A DNA stretch of 44,934 bases from an uncultured Candidatus Saccharibacteria bacterium (GTDB lineage: Bacteria; Patescibacteriota; UBA1384; XYA2-FULL-43-10; 1-14-0-10-43-13): positions 7,573 through 52,506 of the forward strand of contig CAYILA010000002.1 in NCBI GenBank assembly GCA_964364265.1. Reading direction: 5' to 3'. The number at the start of each line of letters is the position of its first letter. Within the stretch, counting starts at the first letter, position 1. This document shows positions 20,356 through 30,679 of this stretch, piece after piece. The notes under the pieces were generated by a model. It had not been told where the DNA came from. It searched no databases and saw nothing but the letters and a program-made list of their open reading frames with translations. A program made the translations under genes and the position numbers.

Positions 20356-22020
20356 ATGGATAAATTGTGGGAAGTGGCGGAAAGAAAATATCACAATCTC
20401 CTCGATCAGATACTTTTCAATAGATCTATAGAAAAAGGGGATAGGGAAGAATTTCTAAATCCCGATTTTGAAATTCTTCTGAACAATGATGAGAAAATCA
20501 AGGATCAGGAGATATTTGTTGAAAAAATTATAGAGGCGAAAAGGAATGGTATTAAAATCGGGATTTTTGCCGACTATGACGCCGACGGGATTCCGGGTGC
20601 CGCCTTGCTGTATAGGACACTTACAAAAATCGGTATTACGGCCTATTTTTATATTCCGGGCAGGGATGAGGGTTATGGCCTAAACAAGAAAGGAATTGAT
20701 TATCTGATTGGAAAAGAGTGCAAAATTGTTATTACTGTTGATTTAGGGATAAAGAATATCGATGAAGCAAAATACTGCCGTAATAAAAATATTGATTTGA
20801 TTATCACCGACCATCATCTCTCGGGAGAAAAGATACCGGAAGCGGCGGGGGTTATCAATCCCAAACTTAGAGTAAATAAAAATGTTACCGAATACTGCGG
20901 ATGCGGCGTGGTCTATAAATTAATCACCGGTCTATCAAATAAATTTCCGGAAATAGACGAGAAGTTTATCAAATGGAATCTTGATCTGGCGGCGATTTCG
21001 ACTATTTCCGATATGGTTCCTCTGGTCAAAAATAACAGGGTAATGGCCAAATACGGTTTGGTTGTAATTTCAAAAACGAAAAATCTTGGCCTGAAAGAAC
21101 TGTTAGCCGCCGCCGGAATTGATCCGGGAAAAATTAATACTTACACGGTAGGATTTCAAATCGGTCCAAGGATTAACACGCCGGGCAGAATTGATCATGG
21201 TGTCAGATCATTGGAATTATTGATAACAGAAGACAAAATGGAAGCTAAAGAACTCGCCGTTTGGTTGAACGAGAAAAATATTGAACGGCAAGAACAGATG
21301 GACAAGGTTTATGCCGAAGCCGAAAACATAATTGAAAAGAATGAATACCAGAAAAATAATATCATCATTCTGGCCGGTGATTGGCCGAAGGGTATAATCG
21401 GGCCGCCCGCAAGCAAACTGGTTGAAAAATATTCCAGGCCGGTGATAATATTTTCGGAATCAAAAAAAGAGTATTCAGGAAGTGCTAGGAGTGTGGTCGG
21501 CGTAAATATAATTTCCCTCTTGGATAAAGCAAGCGACCTGTTGCTTAAATACGGCGGCCATAGCGGCGCGGCTGGTCTATCGGTAACGAAAAATAATTAT
21601 GAAATATTCTCTAAAAGATTAACCGAGATATCGGCAAAAGAAATAAATCCGGAACAATTAATAAAAAAACTTAAGATAGACGCTGAAATAAATATCGAAG
21701 ATTTGAATCGAAAGTTGTATAAAACATTGGAGCAATTGGAACCATTTGGTTTAGGCAATCCGAGGCCGGTGTTCCTACTCTCGGCCGTAACATTTAACCA
21801 GTTACGGTTAGTCGGTGGAACTAAAAAACATTTGTCTTCATATATCGGCAAAAAGTCGCAAAGAATCAAGACAATCTTTTTTAATTTTGACAATATCAGT
21901 TATTTTGACTCATCGGGAGAATTGTATGATATAGTATTTTCGATTGATGAGGATAATTGGAACGGCCGGGAGGATATTTCCCTAAATATTATTGATATAA
22001 GAAAACATGAAGAAAAATAA
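20356..22020 (+). CDS. recJ: ssDNA exonuclease RecJ
   Basis: DYDADG, EGYGL, TVDLG, TDHH, GSARS, GGH.GAAG, LEPFG.GNP. Confidence 0.96.
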   Translation: MDKLWEVAERKYHNLLDQILFNRSIEKGDREEFLNPDFEILLNNDEKIKDQEIFVEKIIEAKRNGIKIGIFADYDADGIPGAALLYRTLTKIGITAYFYIPGRDEGYGLNKKGIDYLIGKECKIVITVDLGIKNIDEAKYCRNKNIDLIITDHHLSGEKIPEAAGVINPKLRVNKNVTEYCGCGVVYKLITGLSNKFPEIDEKFIKWNLDLAAISTISDMVPLVKNNRVMAKYGLVVISKTKNLGLKELLAAAGIDPGKINTYTVGFQIGPRINTPGRIDHGVRSLELLITEDKMEAKELAVWLNEKNIERQEQMDKVYAEAENIIEKNEYQKNNIIILAGDWPKGIIGPPASKLVEKYSRPVIIFSESKKEYSGSARSVVGVNIISLLDKASDLLLKYGGHSGAAGLSVTKNNYEIFSKRLTEISAKEINPEQLIKKLKIDAEINIEDLNRKLYKTLEQLEPFGLGNPRPVFLLSAVTFNQLRLVGGTKKHLSSYIGKKSQRIKTIFFNFDNISYFDSSGELYDIVFSIDEDNWNGREDISLNIIDIRKHEEK

Positions 22021-23281
22021 GACAGCATATATTTGCAACGATTGCGGCAATGAATTCGCGGCTTGGTCCGGGCAGTGCGGCGCCTGCGGCGCCTGGAATA
22101 CTATAATTGAATTTAAAGTTAGCGGGAAAACCGGTTCGCAGAAAAGAGAGATTAAGGTTTCAAAAATTATCGCTAAGAGGGATAACAATTTTGAAAGAAT
22201 AAAAACCGAAATTGCGGAGTTCGATCGCGTTGCCGGCGGCGGAATTACCCCCGGATCATTAATTCTATTTGGCGGGGAACCGGGAATCGGTAAATCGACG
22301 CTTGTTCTTCAACTTTGCGCCAAAATTTCGAATACTTTTTATATCTCGGCCGAGGAATCGGTCGAACAAATCAGCGAACGGGCCAGAAGGTTGGGAATTG
22401 CCGATTCAGATATAGATATTGTTTCAGACGGCGATTTGGAAGCGATAAAGCACGAAATACTAATCAATAAACCGCGACTCTTAATCGTCGATTCAATTCA
22501 GACCGTTTGTCTGTCTTCAATCGATTCAACGGCCGGTAGCATTGTCCAAGTCAAGGAATGCGGTTTGTATCTTCAGCGATTATCAAAAGAGGAAAATATC
22601 CCGATTATTATTATCGGCCATGTGACCAAAGAGGGGAATCTGGCCGGACCGAGGATGCTGGAACACCTGGTCGATGTGGTTTTATATTTCGAGGGGGATA
22701 GATATCACGATCTTCGAATACTGCGGGGAGTCAAAAACCGTTTTGGACCGACAAATGAAGTCGGAATATTCTCAATGGATGAAAAGGGATTGGTTGAGGT
22801 TCCCAATCCATCTGATGTATTTTTGAAAGAAAGACAAAACTCGCCGGGGAGCGCCGTTACCGTGACTCTTGAAGGCACCAGGCCTCTCCTTGTCGAGGTT
22901 CAAGCTTTGGTTGCGCCATCCAACTTCGGCTATCCGCGCCGGATGAGTTCGGGTTTTGATCTGAACCGTTTGAACCTCCTCGCAGCGGTCATCACCAAGA
23001 CAACTAAAATCAACCTTTCGAGTTTTGATGTCTATATCAATGTCACCGGCGGTATGAAAGTGGATGAACCGGCGGTTGATTTGGCGGTGGTTTCAGCTAT
23101 TGTTTCGTCTTTTAAAAATGTCCCGCTTCCTAAAAAAATCGTAATCTTTGGCGAGGTCGGTTTGTCGGGCGAGGTTAGGAGTGTAAAGCGAGAAAGGGAC
23201 AGAATAAAAGAAGCCAAAAAACTTGGTTTCAACACAATCGAAAACATTAAAAACATCGGCAATTTATTGGAGAAGATCTAA
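22007..23281 (+). CDS. radA: DNA repair protein RadA/Sms
   Basis: C4 zinc finger, GEPGIGKST, KNRFG, Lon-like C-terminal domain. Confidence 0.97.
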   Translation: MKKNKTAYICNDCGNEFAAWSGQCGACGAWNTIIEFKVSGKTGSQKREIKVSKIIAKRDNNFERIKTEIAEFDRVAGGGITPGSLILFGGEPGIGKSTLVLQLCAKISNTFYISAEESVEQISERARRLGIADSDIDIVSDGDLEAIKHEILINKPRLLIVDSIQTVCLSSIDSTAGSIVQVKECGLYLQRLSKEENIPIIIIGHVTKEGNLAGPRMLEHLVDVVLYFEGDRYHDLRILRGVKNRFGPTNEVGIFSMDEKGLVEVPNPSDVFLKERQNSPGSAVTVTLEGTRPLLVEVQALVAPSNFGYPRRMSSGFDLNRLNLLAAVITKTTKINLSSFDVYINVTGGMKVDEPAVDLAVVSAIVSSFKNVPLPKKIVIFGEVGLSGEVRSVKRERDRIKEAKKLGFNTIENIKNIGNLLEKI

Positions 23282-23324
23282 ATATGCTCACTTCTGTTTT
23301 TTGGGAGCAGTTATTAAACAGGCT

Positions 23325-26147
23325 CTAGCTGCCGGTTGTAAAATTCTTCTCCTCCGATGTCGCAGTATTGCCATTGGCATCAATTGAGACAACCCGATAG
23401 TAATATTGTGTGCTAGGACTTAAAGTAGTCAGAGTAGCGTTGTGGTTTTTGGTATAGACGGTCGATTGAGCAGTTTTACTGATGTAATTGCTGGTATCGC
23501 TTCTGGAAATGATGTCATAAAAAACTTGAGAGGTGGCATTTTCATCCGTCGACCAGCTTATTGTCGCCGAATTGGAGAGAGGAACCGAGACGATATTACT
23601 GATTGTCGGAACGGTTGTATCAGTATCGATATAAAAACTTATTTCATTTTTATTCGTTACTCCAAATTCGCTGGTTACTATCACGGTTAATTTGTGGGCC
23701 GAAGATGTTGATAAGCTCCCGGTGTCGTAGACCAGTGAAAAAGGCGACGATTCGCTTCTGCCGACCGAGACACTATCCACAAAATATTCAGCCGAGGTTA
23801 TATTAATCGAATTATTTATTGAGATTTTAAAAGTATAGTTTCCGCTGATTTTGTCGTTGTTTCCCGGAGCGGTGATTGAAACAGCCGGTGTAACCTCTTC
23901 GGTATTGCAGAAATCCTTTGGAATGTTACCGGTAAAAAACCCATTGGCTTGAGCCCAAGCGACGACCGGATTTTCCCAGTTTGGGTAATCGGGCCGTTCG
24001 GAGTGGATTATGGAAATTACTTTAGTATCGGTCAGGGCCTCGGGGAAACCGTCTGGCGCCAATTTGTTCGAACCCTTGCAAAATCTTAGTTGCAAATTGA
24101 CACCATCTGTATCATCCGGAACTTGCCAGCTGGCAAAGATATCCTTTGTCTTTTCTTTTGAGAATTGACTTGGTTTTTTATTGGAATATTTTTCAACCTC
24201 CATCTCGACGATGCCGTCCGGTTTGACGAATTCTTCCGAGGGGATGCCCTCCAGCGCTTTGTCGATAAAAGCGCGAAATATCGGGGTGGCGACAACCGAA
24301 CCGTCGGCGGCCGAACCCATCGGTTTGGCATTATTATTCCCGACCCAAACAGCAACCGAAAGAGAGGGGGTGTAACCGACTGTCCAAGCATCCTTAAAAT
24401 CAGAAGTGGTTCCGGTCTTGGCCGCTACAGTCCTGTTGGGGAAATTAAGCAGAGTGCCGGCGCCGAATACCATTGTTCTAGTTATCTTGTCTGACAGAAT
24501 ATTGGAAATTTCATAAGCGATTTGCGGGTCGAGCACCTCTTTGCCCTTATCTTTTTCGGCGTTGTATTCATATACAGTTTTATTCTTTGAATCGGAAATC
24601 TTTAATATCGGATTTATGTCATGCTTGACACCGCCGTTGGCAAAAACGGCGAAAGCGCCAGCCATCTCAATTGGTTTTACTTCGCCGGAACCAAGAACCA
24701 ATGAAAGTCCGTAACGTTTCCTTTGAGTTAAAGTGGTAATTCCCAAATCTTCCGCCGTTCGCAGAGTGTTGTCCATTCCGGCCAGAGAGAGAATTTTTAC
24801 GGCCGGCACATTCAAAGAGTTAGAAAGAGCGGTTCGGATTGTAACCGGACCGAAGTTGTTGTGAGTGTAGTTTCTGGGTATATAACCATTAAAATCGGTT
24901 TGGACATCATAAATGATTCGCGAGGGAGAAAACTCCTTTTTCTTAAATGCGGTGGCATAGGCGAAAGGTTTGAAGGAAGAACCGGGCTGACGCAGGGAAT
25001 CGGTAACATTTACATTGCCGTCAATTTCAGTATTAAAATAATCGCGGGATCCGACCATTGAAAGAATCTGACCGGTTTTGGGATCAACCGCCACCATCGC
25101 GGCATTACTTCCGCCGTGTTTCAAAATTTTAGCGGTGCCGTCATTAACCGCCCGCTCAGCTTTTTTCTGCATTTCATAATCAAGCGTTGTGATAATTTTT
25201 AAGCCCTCTTTTTGGATCTTTTCCTCACCGTATTCATCAGCCACTTTTTCCAAAACATACATTGCAAAGTGGGGAGCCAGCATATTGTCCCGTCTTGGCT
25301 TCAGGGCCGTGCCGATTGTTGTCGTATCCTCCTGTTTGGCTTTCTCGGCCTCATCTTTTGAGATTTTTCCGGCGCTGACCATCCGGTCCAAGACATAGTT
25401 TTTTCGATTAACCAATTCTTTAGCGTGCACGCCGTAGGGGGAGTAATAAGTCGGTGCCTTTGGAATGGCAGCCAGCGTGCCGGCTTGGGCCAGAGTTAGA
25501 TCTTTTGCCGGTACGCCGTAATACATTCTGGCCGCCGCTTCCGCGCCGGCGGTGTTGTTGCCGTAGGGGATTTCATTTAAATACATTGTCAAAATCTCAT
25601 CTTTTGAAAACATCATCTCAAGTTCGACAGACAAAATTACTTCTTTTATTTTTCGGGTCAAAGTCCGGTTTGAGCTCAAAAGGGCATTTTTTACATATTG
25701 CTGGGTGATGGTCGATCCACCGCGAGTCAACACCCTTTTCCCAGTCACTTTTTCAATGACGGCGGCGGCGATCGCCTTCGGATCGACACCATGATGGTCG
25801 TAAAAATTGGCATCCTCGGTCGAAATCGTAGCGTCTTTTAGATATTGGGAGACCTGATCGCTTGTAACCAGTGTTCTTTTCTGCTCGCCGGTCTCGTAAA
25901 GAAGAATTTTGCCGGTTTTGTCAAACAGTTTTGTCGATTCGGTCGCTTTTCTGTTCGCAATCTTGGTCGGAGTCGGCAGGTCTTTTGAGAACCAGGCAAA
26001 GGCGCCGCCGGTCAAGAGAAGCATAGCTATGAAGAAGACAAAAAAATACTGTCCGACTTTTTTCCAGGTAATTTTGCGTTTTTTCAGAATTTTTGGCGAA
26101 AAATGCAGTATTTTTATTTTATTTTTGAAAGAGATCAGTTTCTTCAT
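23325..26147 (-). CDS. Class A PBP (PBP1A family) with C-terminal Ig-like and FN3-like domains
   Basis: EDANFYDHHG, GGSTITQQ, RKIKE, RQPGSSFK, SLN, KTGT; tail with SWSTDE...YYYRVVS.D. Confidence 0.93.
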   Translation of the reverse strand: MKKLISFKNKIKILHFSPKILKKRKITWKKVGQYFFVFFIAMLLLTGGAFAWFSKDLPTPTKIANRKATESTKLFDKTGKILLYETGEQKRTLVTSDQVSQYLKDATISTEDANFYDHHGVDPKAIAAAVIEKVTGKRVLTRGGSTITQQYVKNALLSSNRTLTRKIKEVILSVELEMMFSKDEILTMYLNEIPYGNNTAGAEAAARMYYGVPAKDLTLAQAGTLAAIPKAPTYYSPYGVHAKELVNRKNYVLDRMVSAGKISKDEAEKAKQEDTTTIGTALKPRRDNMLAPHFAMYVLEKVADEYGEEKIQKEGLKIITTLDYEMQKKAERAVNDGTAKILKHGGSNAAMVAVDPKTGQILSMVGSRDYFNTEIDGNVNVTDSLRQPGSSFKPFAYATAFKKKEFSPSRIIYDVQTDFNGYIPRNYTHNNFGPVTIRTALSNSLNVPAVKILSLAGMDNTLRTAEDLGITTLTQRKRYGLSLVLGSGEVKPIEMAGAFAVFANGGVKHDINPILKISDSKNKTVYEYNAEKDKGKEVLDPQIAYEISNILSDKITRTMVFGAGTLLNFPNRTVAAKTGTTSDFKDAWTVGYTPSLSVAVWVGNNNAKPMGSAADGSVVATPIFRAFIDKALEGIPSEEFVKPDGIVEMEVEKYSNKKPSQFSKEKTKDIFASWQVPDDTDGVNLQLRFCKGSNKLAPDGFPEALTDTKVISIIHSERPDYPNWENPVVAWAQANGFFTGNIPKDFCNTEEVTPAVSITAPGNNDKISGNYTFKISINNSINITSAEYFVDSVSVGRSESSPFSLVYDTGSLSTSSAHKLTVIVTSEFGVTNKNEISFYIDTDTTVPTISNIVSVPLSNSATISWSTDENATSQVFYDIISRSDTSNYISKTAQSTVYTKNHNATLTTLSPSTQYYYRVVSIDANGNTATSEEKNFTTGS

Positions 26148-26275
26148 TTGGTTTCCTTTACATTATACCACCATATTGGTAATATGAAAAACGAGAAAAT
26201 CGTTATATAGTATAGTTTGAAACTAACTAAATATCAAGTCAGATTGAATCGATTTAAGCGTCGGGAGGAATATAA

Positions 26276-27430
26276 ATGAACATTGAATTTTTCAGTCGCG
26301 GAGTTATTGAAATTATCGATCGAAACTCGCTCGAATCGAAAATCCAATCCGGAAAAAAATTGCGGGTAAAATTGGGAGTCGATCCAACCAGTCCGGACAT
26401 TCACCTCGGTCACACGGTGGCTCTCCGTAAAATGAAGGAACTTCAGGAAGAGGGTCATCAGATTGTATTTTTGATCGGCGACTATACGACCAAGATCGGC
26501 GACCCATCAGGAAGAAGCAAAACGAGGCCGATGTTGACCGATGAGGAGATTGAAACTAACGCCAAAACTTATCTTGATCAAGTCGGGAAAATTTTAGATG
26601 TCGATAAATCGGAGATTCGGAGAAATTCGGAATGGTTTTCAAAAATGAGTTTCAACGATCTTTTGCAGCTTCTCTCCAAATTCACGGTAGCCCAAATTAT
26701 GGAGCGGGATGATTTTTCTAATAGGACTAAATCCGGCATCGACATCAGTATTCACGAAATCATCTACCCGATTATGCAAGCATACGACTCGGTAACGCTG
26801 AAAGCTGATCTGGAAATGGGCGGAACCGATCAAAGATTCAATCTTCTGGCCGGAAGACATCTCCAAAAGAAAATCGGACAGACCCCGCAGGAAATCATGA
26901 TGATGAAACTACTCGTCGGACTAGACGGCAAAGAGAAAATGAGCAAATCGCTTGGAAACTATGTCGGTATCACCGAATCGCCGCCGGTGATGTTTGGTAA
27001 GATTATGTCTATTCCCGATTCATTATTAAAAGATTATTTTGAGCTTTGCACCGATTTTCCCGAGGCCGCAGTCGGGGCGGAGATGTCGAAAGGTCCGAGA
27101 GAGGCCAAGGAATCACTTGCCTTGGAAATAGTTAAAATTTACCATAGCGCCGAGGCGGCCGAATCGGCAAAAAACAGTTTTATAGATCAGTTTAAGAATA
27201 AAGAAACTCCGGAAAACATTCCAGAAGTTGAATTAACCGGGACATTCAAAATTCCTCTCTTTCTGATTAATATTGGAGCAGTTGCCGGGAGTTCGGAGGC
27301 GTACCGATTGATCGAACAGGGCGGAGTTAAGATTGACGGCGCCAAAATAACCGATCCCTTTTCCGATATTACCACCAAACCGGGGATGATAATCCAGGTC
27401 GGGAAGTTAAAGTATTACAAGATAAAATAA
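26276..27430 (+). CDS. tyrS: Tyrosine--tRNA ligase
   Basis: GVDPT..DIHLGH, QAYD, GGTDQ, KMSKS, S4 domain. Confidence 0.97.
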   Translation: MNIEFFSRGVIEIIDRNSLESKIQSGKKLRVKLGVDPTSPDIHLGHTVALRKMKELQEEGHQIVFLIGDYTTKIGDPSGRSKTRPMLTDEEIETNAKTYLDQVGKILDVDKSEIRRNSEWFSKMSFNDLLQLLSKFTVAQIMERDDFSNRTKSGIDISIHEIIYPIMQAYDSVTLKADLEMGGTDQRFNLLAGRHLQKKIGQTPQEIMMMKLLVGLDGKEKMSKSLGNYVGITESPPVMFGKIMSIPDSLLKDYFELCTDFPEAAVGAEMSKGPREAKESLALEIVKIYHSAEAAESAKNSFIDQFKNKETPENIPEVELTGTFKIPLFLINIGAVAGSSEAYRLIEQGGVKIDGAKITDPFSDITTKPGMIIQVGKLKYYKIK

Positions 27431-29121
27431 TGATTACTGAACTATTAAAAACCGAAATAGAAAAGGCCGTCAGATCGGTTGGTTTTGCGATGCCGGCTGA
27501 TTATTCACTTCTTGCTCCGCCCAAAAAAGAGATGGGGGACTTTGCGACCAATATCGCATTGATAATTTCAAAAGCAAACCGGGAAAATATGTCCAAGGAT
27601 GTAGCTGACAAATTGATTTTGGAGTTGGACAAGTCGGAAATAATCAGATCCGTAACGGCGGCCGGTCCGGGATTTATCAACATCTTTTTAAAAGATAAGC
27701 TTTTCTACGATGAATTAAAGAAAATACTCGACATTCAGGAAAACTACGGGAGATCTAATATCGGAAATGGCAAGACGGCAAATGTCGAATATGTTTCAGC
27801 AAATCCGACCGGTCCCCTGCATATCGGTAACGCCAGAGGCGGTCCGATTGGCGAATCGATCGCCAACCTGTTTACCTTTTACGGTTTCAGGGTGAGGCGG
27901 GAGTTTTATATCAATGATGTCGGTGTCCAGATTGAGAAATTGGGGAGCGCCCTTTGTTATTGGTATGAGGTAAAACATGATGAGCGAACCGAATTCCCGG
28001 TCGGCGGATATCCGGGGGACTATGTCAAAGAAATTTCAGAAGAAATTCAAAAGACTAAAAAGGATGAACTTAAGAATATTGAGGATCACACCCAACTGGT
28101 TGAATATTTTGCCAAAGAGGGACTTCTGATATTAATCAGACAAATTAAAGAGGCCTGCGAGCTGATCGGTATTTCTTACGATGAATGGATGGAGGAAAGC
28201 GAGATACAAAGTTCCGGCAAAACCGATGAGGTCATAGAACTATTGCAAGAGAAGGATTTTACCGTCAGAAGAGAAGGGGCTTTGTGGTTCAAGCGGGAAA
28301 ACGATCCGGAGTTTTCGGATAAGGAAAGCGTTTTGAAACGAAGCGACCAGGGGCAGACCCCGACCTATTTTGCCGATGATATCGCTTATCACAAAGATAA
28401 ATTCGATCGCGGCGCCGATATTTTGGTTGATGTCTGGGGCGCAAACCACCATGGCCATATCGACCGTCTGAAATCGGCGGTTGAAGCCCTCGACTACGAT
28501 GTTAAAAATTTCCATATCATTCTATACCAATATGTCCGACTCAAAAATGCCGGTGAGATTTTAAAAATGAGTAAAAGAGAAGGCAACTTCGTAACTCTAA
28601 AAGAGGTGATTGAAAACGGCGTGGCGCCGGACGCCTTTAAATATTTTATTCTAGCCCAAAATCCGAACACTCCTTTTGATTTTGACATCAAAGAAGCGGC
28701 CGATACTTCGGAAAAAAACCCGGTTTATTACATCAAGTACGCCCATGCCAGAATTTGCAGTATCTTGGCCAAGTCCGGCACCGGCCGGATCGGTTCAATT
28801 TCAGCGGGGGAGATTGACGGCTCTTATATCAAAAACGCCGATCTGAAATTATTGAAAGAAAACTCGGAGATGGATTTGATCAAAGGGATTTTGGAATTTC
28901 CGGAAATATTAGATGATATTATCGAAAATTATCAAATTCAGCTGCTCCCCCACTATACTTACAAAATTGCCTCTCTTTTCCACAACTTTTACACCAAATG
29001 CCAAGTATTGACGGAAGATAAAGAATTAACCAACGCCCGCCTTGCTCTGATTACCGCCACAAAACATACAATCGCCAACGCTCTACAAATTCTCGATATC
29101 GAAGCCCCGGAAAAAATGTGA
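27430..29121 (+). CDS. argS: Arginine--tRNA ligase
   Basis: GPGFINI, EYVSANPTGPLHIGN, MSKR.G, NPVYY..YAHAR.SI, ends EKM. Confidence 0.97.
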   Translation: MITELLKTEIEKAVRSVGFAMPADYSLLAPPKKEMGDFATNIALIISKANRENMSKDVADKLILELDKSEIIRSVTAAGPGFINIFLKDKLFYDELKKILDIQENYGRSNIGNGKTANVEYVSANPTGPLHIGNARGGPIGESIANLFTFYGFRVRREFYINDVGVQIEKLGSALCYWYEVKHDERTEFPVGGYPGDYVKEISEEIQKTKKDELKNIEDHTQLVEYFAKEGLLILIRQIKEACELIGISYDEWMEESEIQSSGKTDEVIELLQEKDFTVRREGALWFKRENDPEFSDKESVLKRSDQGQTPTYFADDIAYHKDKFDRGADILVDVWGANHHGHIDRLKSAVEALDYDVKNFHIILYQYVRLKNAGEILKMSKREGNFVTLKEVIENGVAPDAFKYFILAQNPNTPFDFDIKEAADTSEKNPVYYIKYAHARICSILAKSGTGRIGSISAGEIDGSYIKNADLKLLKENSEMDLIKGILEFPEILDDIIENYQIQLLPHYTYKIASLFHNFYTKCQVLTEDKELTNARLALITATKHTIANALQILDIEAPEKM

Positions 29122-29162
29122 CGCGAAAAACCCAGGACATTAGAGCCCGTTTAATAAGATTT

Positions 29163-29981
29163 CTATAAACTCTTTAAGCTCTTGGCCATATACTGGAAAA
29201 TATCGTTAAAGTTGGTGACGACCGTTTCATCTGAAGCGGTTGTAAGCGCTTTGACATAGGTCAAGAAGGGCGAGTTCTCGCCAAGACCGGTTTGGTATTG
29301 AGCCGCTTTCTTTGAGTCCTGGCTGAATAAGAATTGGACGATATTATTTGTGCCGTCCGTCATTTGAACAACGCAGGAAACATATGATGTATAGGCCTGC
29401 CCGATATTGGCGAAGTAATAAACCCCGCGCCATTTGCCGTCATCGGTGGCAATGTAAGTTGGGGCGGTATTGGCCAAAATACCGGCGTTGACTCCCGGCA
29501 GCATCAATTTCTCGGCTCCAGCAGCGCTTTTATTGTTAAAGACATTTTTCATTTTTGTCAGAGTGGCGGCAGAGGTATTGGGATAATCGGAATATTTTGT
29601 GACGGTCGCGCCACGGATATAATATCCGTTTCCCTCTGATTTTCCACCAAACAAAATACTATCTTGATTAACCGGTTGGGGTGAATCGGCCACTCCCGCT
29701 TCATATGTGGCGGCGCCATCCGGCCAAGTGTCGGGATATTCAAAACTCAAATTGTAGGTTTTATCGGTCAGCGTCTTCCAATTGACGGTTTTTTCAGCTT
29801 GATTATTTTCATCCGGCGCCGGTTTGCTAAGGGCTTTAAACTCCTTTTCCAGATCAGCGATCTGGCTCTTGTATGTTTCCTTCTGCTTCTCAAATTTTTT
29901 ATCCATATAGTACCAAACGCTCCCGCCAACGACTCCCATCGACAGGATCAGGGACAGAATATATTTCAATATCGGGTTCAT
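29163..29981 (-). CDS. Membrane-anchored exported protein (PsbP-like SFEYPxxW motif)
   Basis: SD AGGAG before MNPILK; TM, coiled coil, WKT..D..YNLSFEYPDTW. Confidence 0.7.
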   Translation of the reverse strand: MNPILKYILSLILSMGVVGGSVWYYMDKKFEKQKETYKSQIADLEKEFKALSKPAPDENNQAEKTVNWKTLTDKTYNLSFEYPDTWPDGAATYEAGVADSPQPVNQDSILFGGKSEGNGYYIRGATVTKYSDYPNTSAATLTKMKNVFNNKSAAGAEKLMLPGVNAGILANTAPTYIATDDGKWRGVYYFANIGQAYTSYVSCVVQMTDGTNNIVQFLFSQDSKKAAQYQTGLGENSPFLTYVKALTTASDETVVTNFNDIFQYMAKSLKSL

Positions 29982-30006
29982 AAAACTCCTTTGCTTAATT
30001 AATAAT

Positions 30007-30657
30007 TTAAGGAACCAAACCAAGTGTTCCGACTAATTGATCAAGTTGTGCCGCAAACGCGGTCGCGATATTTGTCGGAAAACCGTAGAAAATAATTGAA
30101 TTAACATTGTCTGAGCTGATATTTGACGAAGCGGCTGAATAAATCCAGTTGCTTTCGGTATTGATCACTCCGTCGGCCGCGCCGTAGGTGCGACGGAAAG
30201 ATAAACCGGAAGTTGAGGTAATATCTTTTTCATTTGTCGTATTGTAGCCCTCGGCACCCATAGTTGGAACCGGATTATAGATCGTAAAACTATGGCCATC
30301 AGCGGTGGTTACTTTAGCGTAATGAGCTACTCCGCCTGGTTTATTTGTGGGAGTGGTTACGGTCCAATCGGAAGGATAGCAGAAAGTAAATCCGGTTGTT
30401 GCCGCCGCCGCGGTTTTGCCGGTTCCGCAGGTTGAGGTCGTTGCTGATGTCGAGCTCGCAGAAGTATTCGAACTGGCAGATGTTGTCGATGTCGAATTGC
30501 CGGCGGCGTTTTTCACAGCTTTAATTTTAGTTTCCAAGGTGGTCTTTTGGGATTCGAGATCACTCTTGTCTTTTTCGAACTTGTAATCGGCGTAGTACCA
30601 AGCGCCCCCGCCGGCAATTCCGGCTCCGATTAATATCGTTAATAAAATTCTCCACAT
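30007..30657 (-). CDS. Membrane-anchored exported protein, probable paralogue of the adjacent gene
   Basis: SD GGAGG before MWRILL; GGGAWYY.D.KFEK, S/T linker, GFTFCYPSDW. Confidence 0.7.
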   Translation of the reverse strand: MWRILLTILIGAGIAGGGAWYYADYKFEKDKSDLESQKTTLETKIKAVKNAAGNSTSTTSASSNTSASSTSATTSTCGTGKTAAAATTGFTFCYPSDWTVTTPTNKPGGVAHYAKVTTADGHSFTIYNPVPTMGAEGYNTTNEKDITSTSGLSFRRTYGAADGVINTESNWIYSAASSNISSDNVNSIIFYGFPTNIATAFAAQLDQLVGTLGLVP

Positions 30658-30679
30658 AAACCCTCCGATTAAATTGTTA

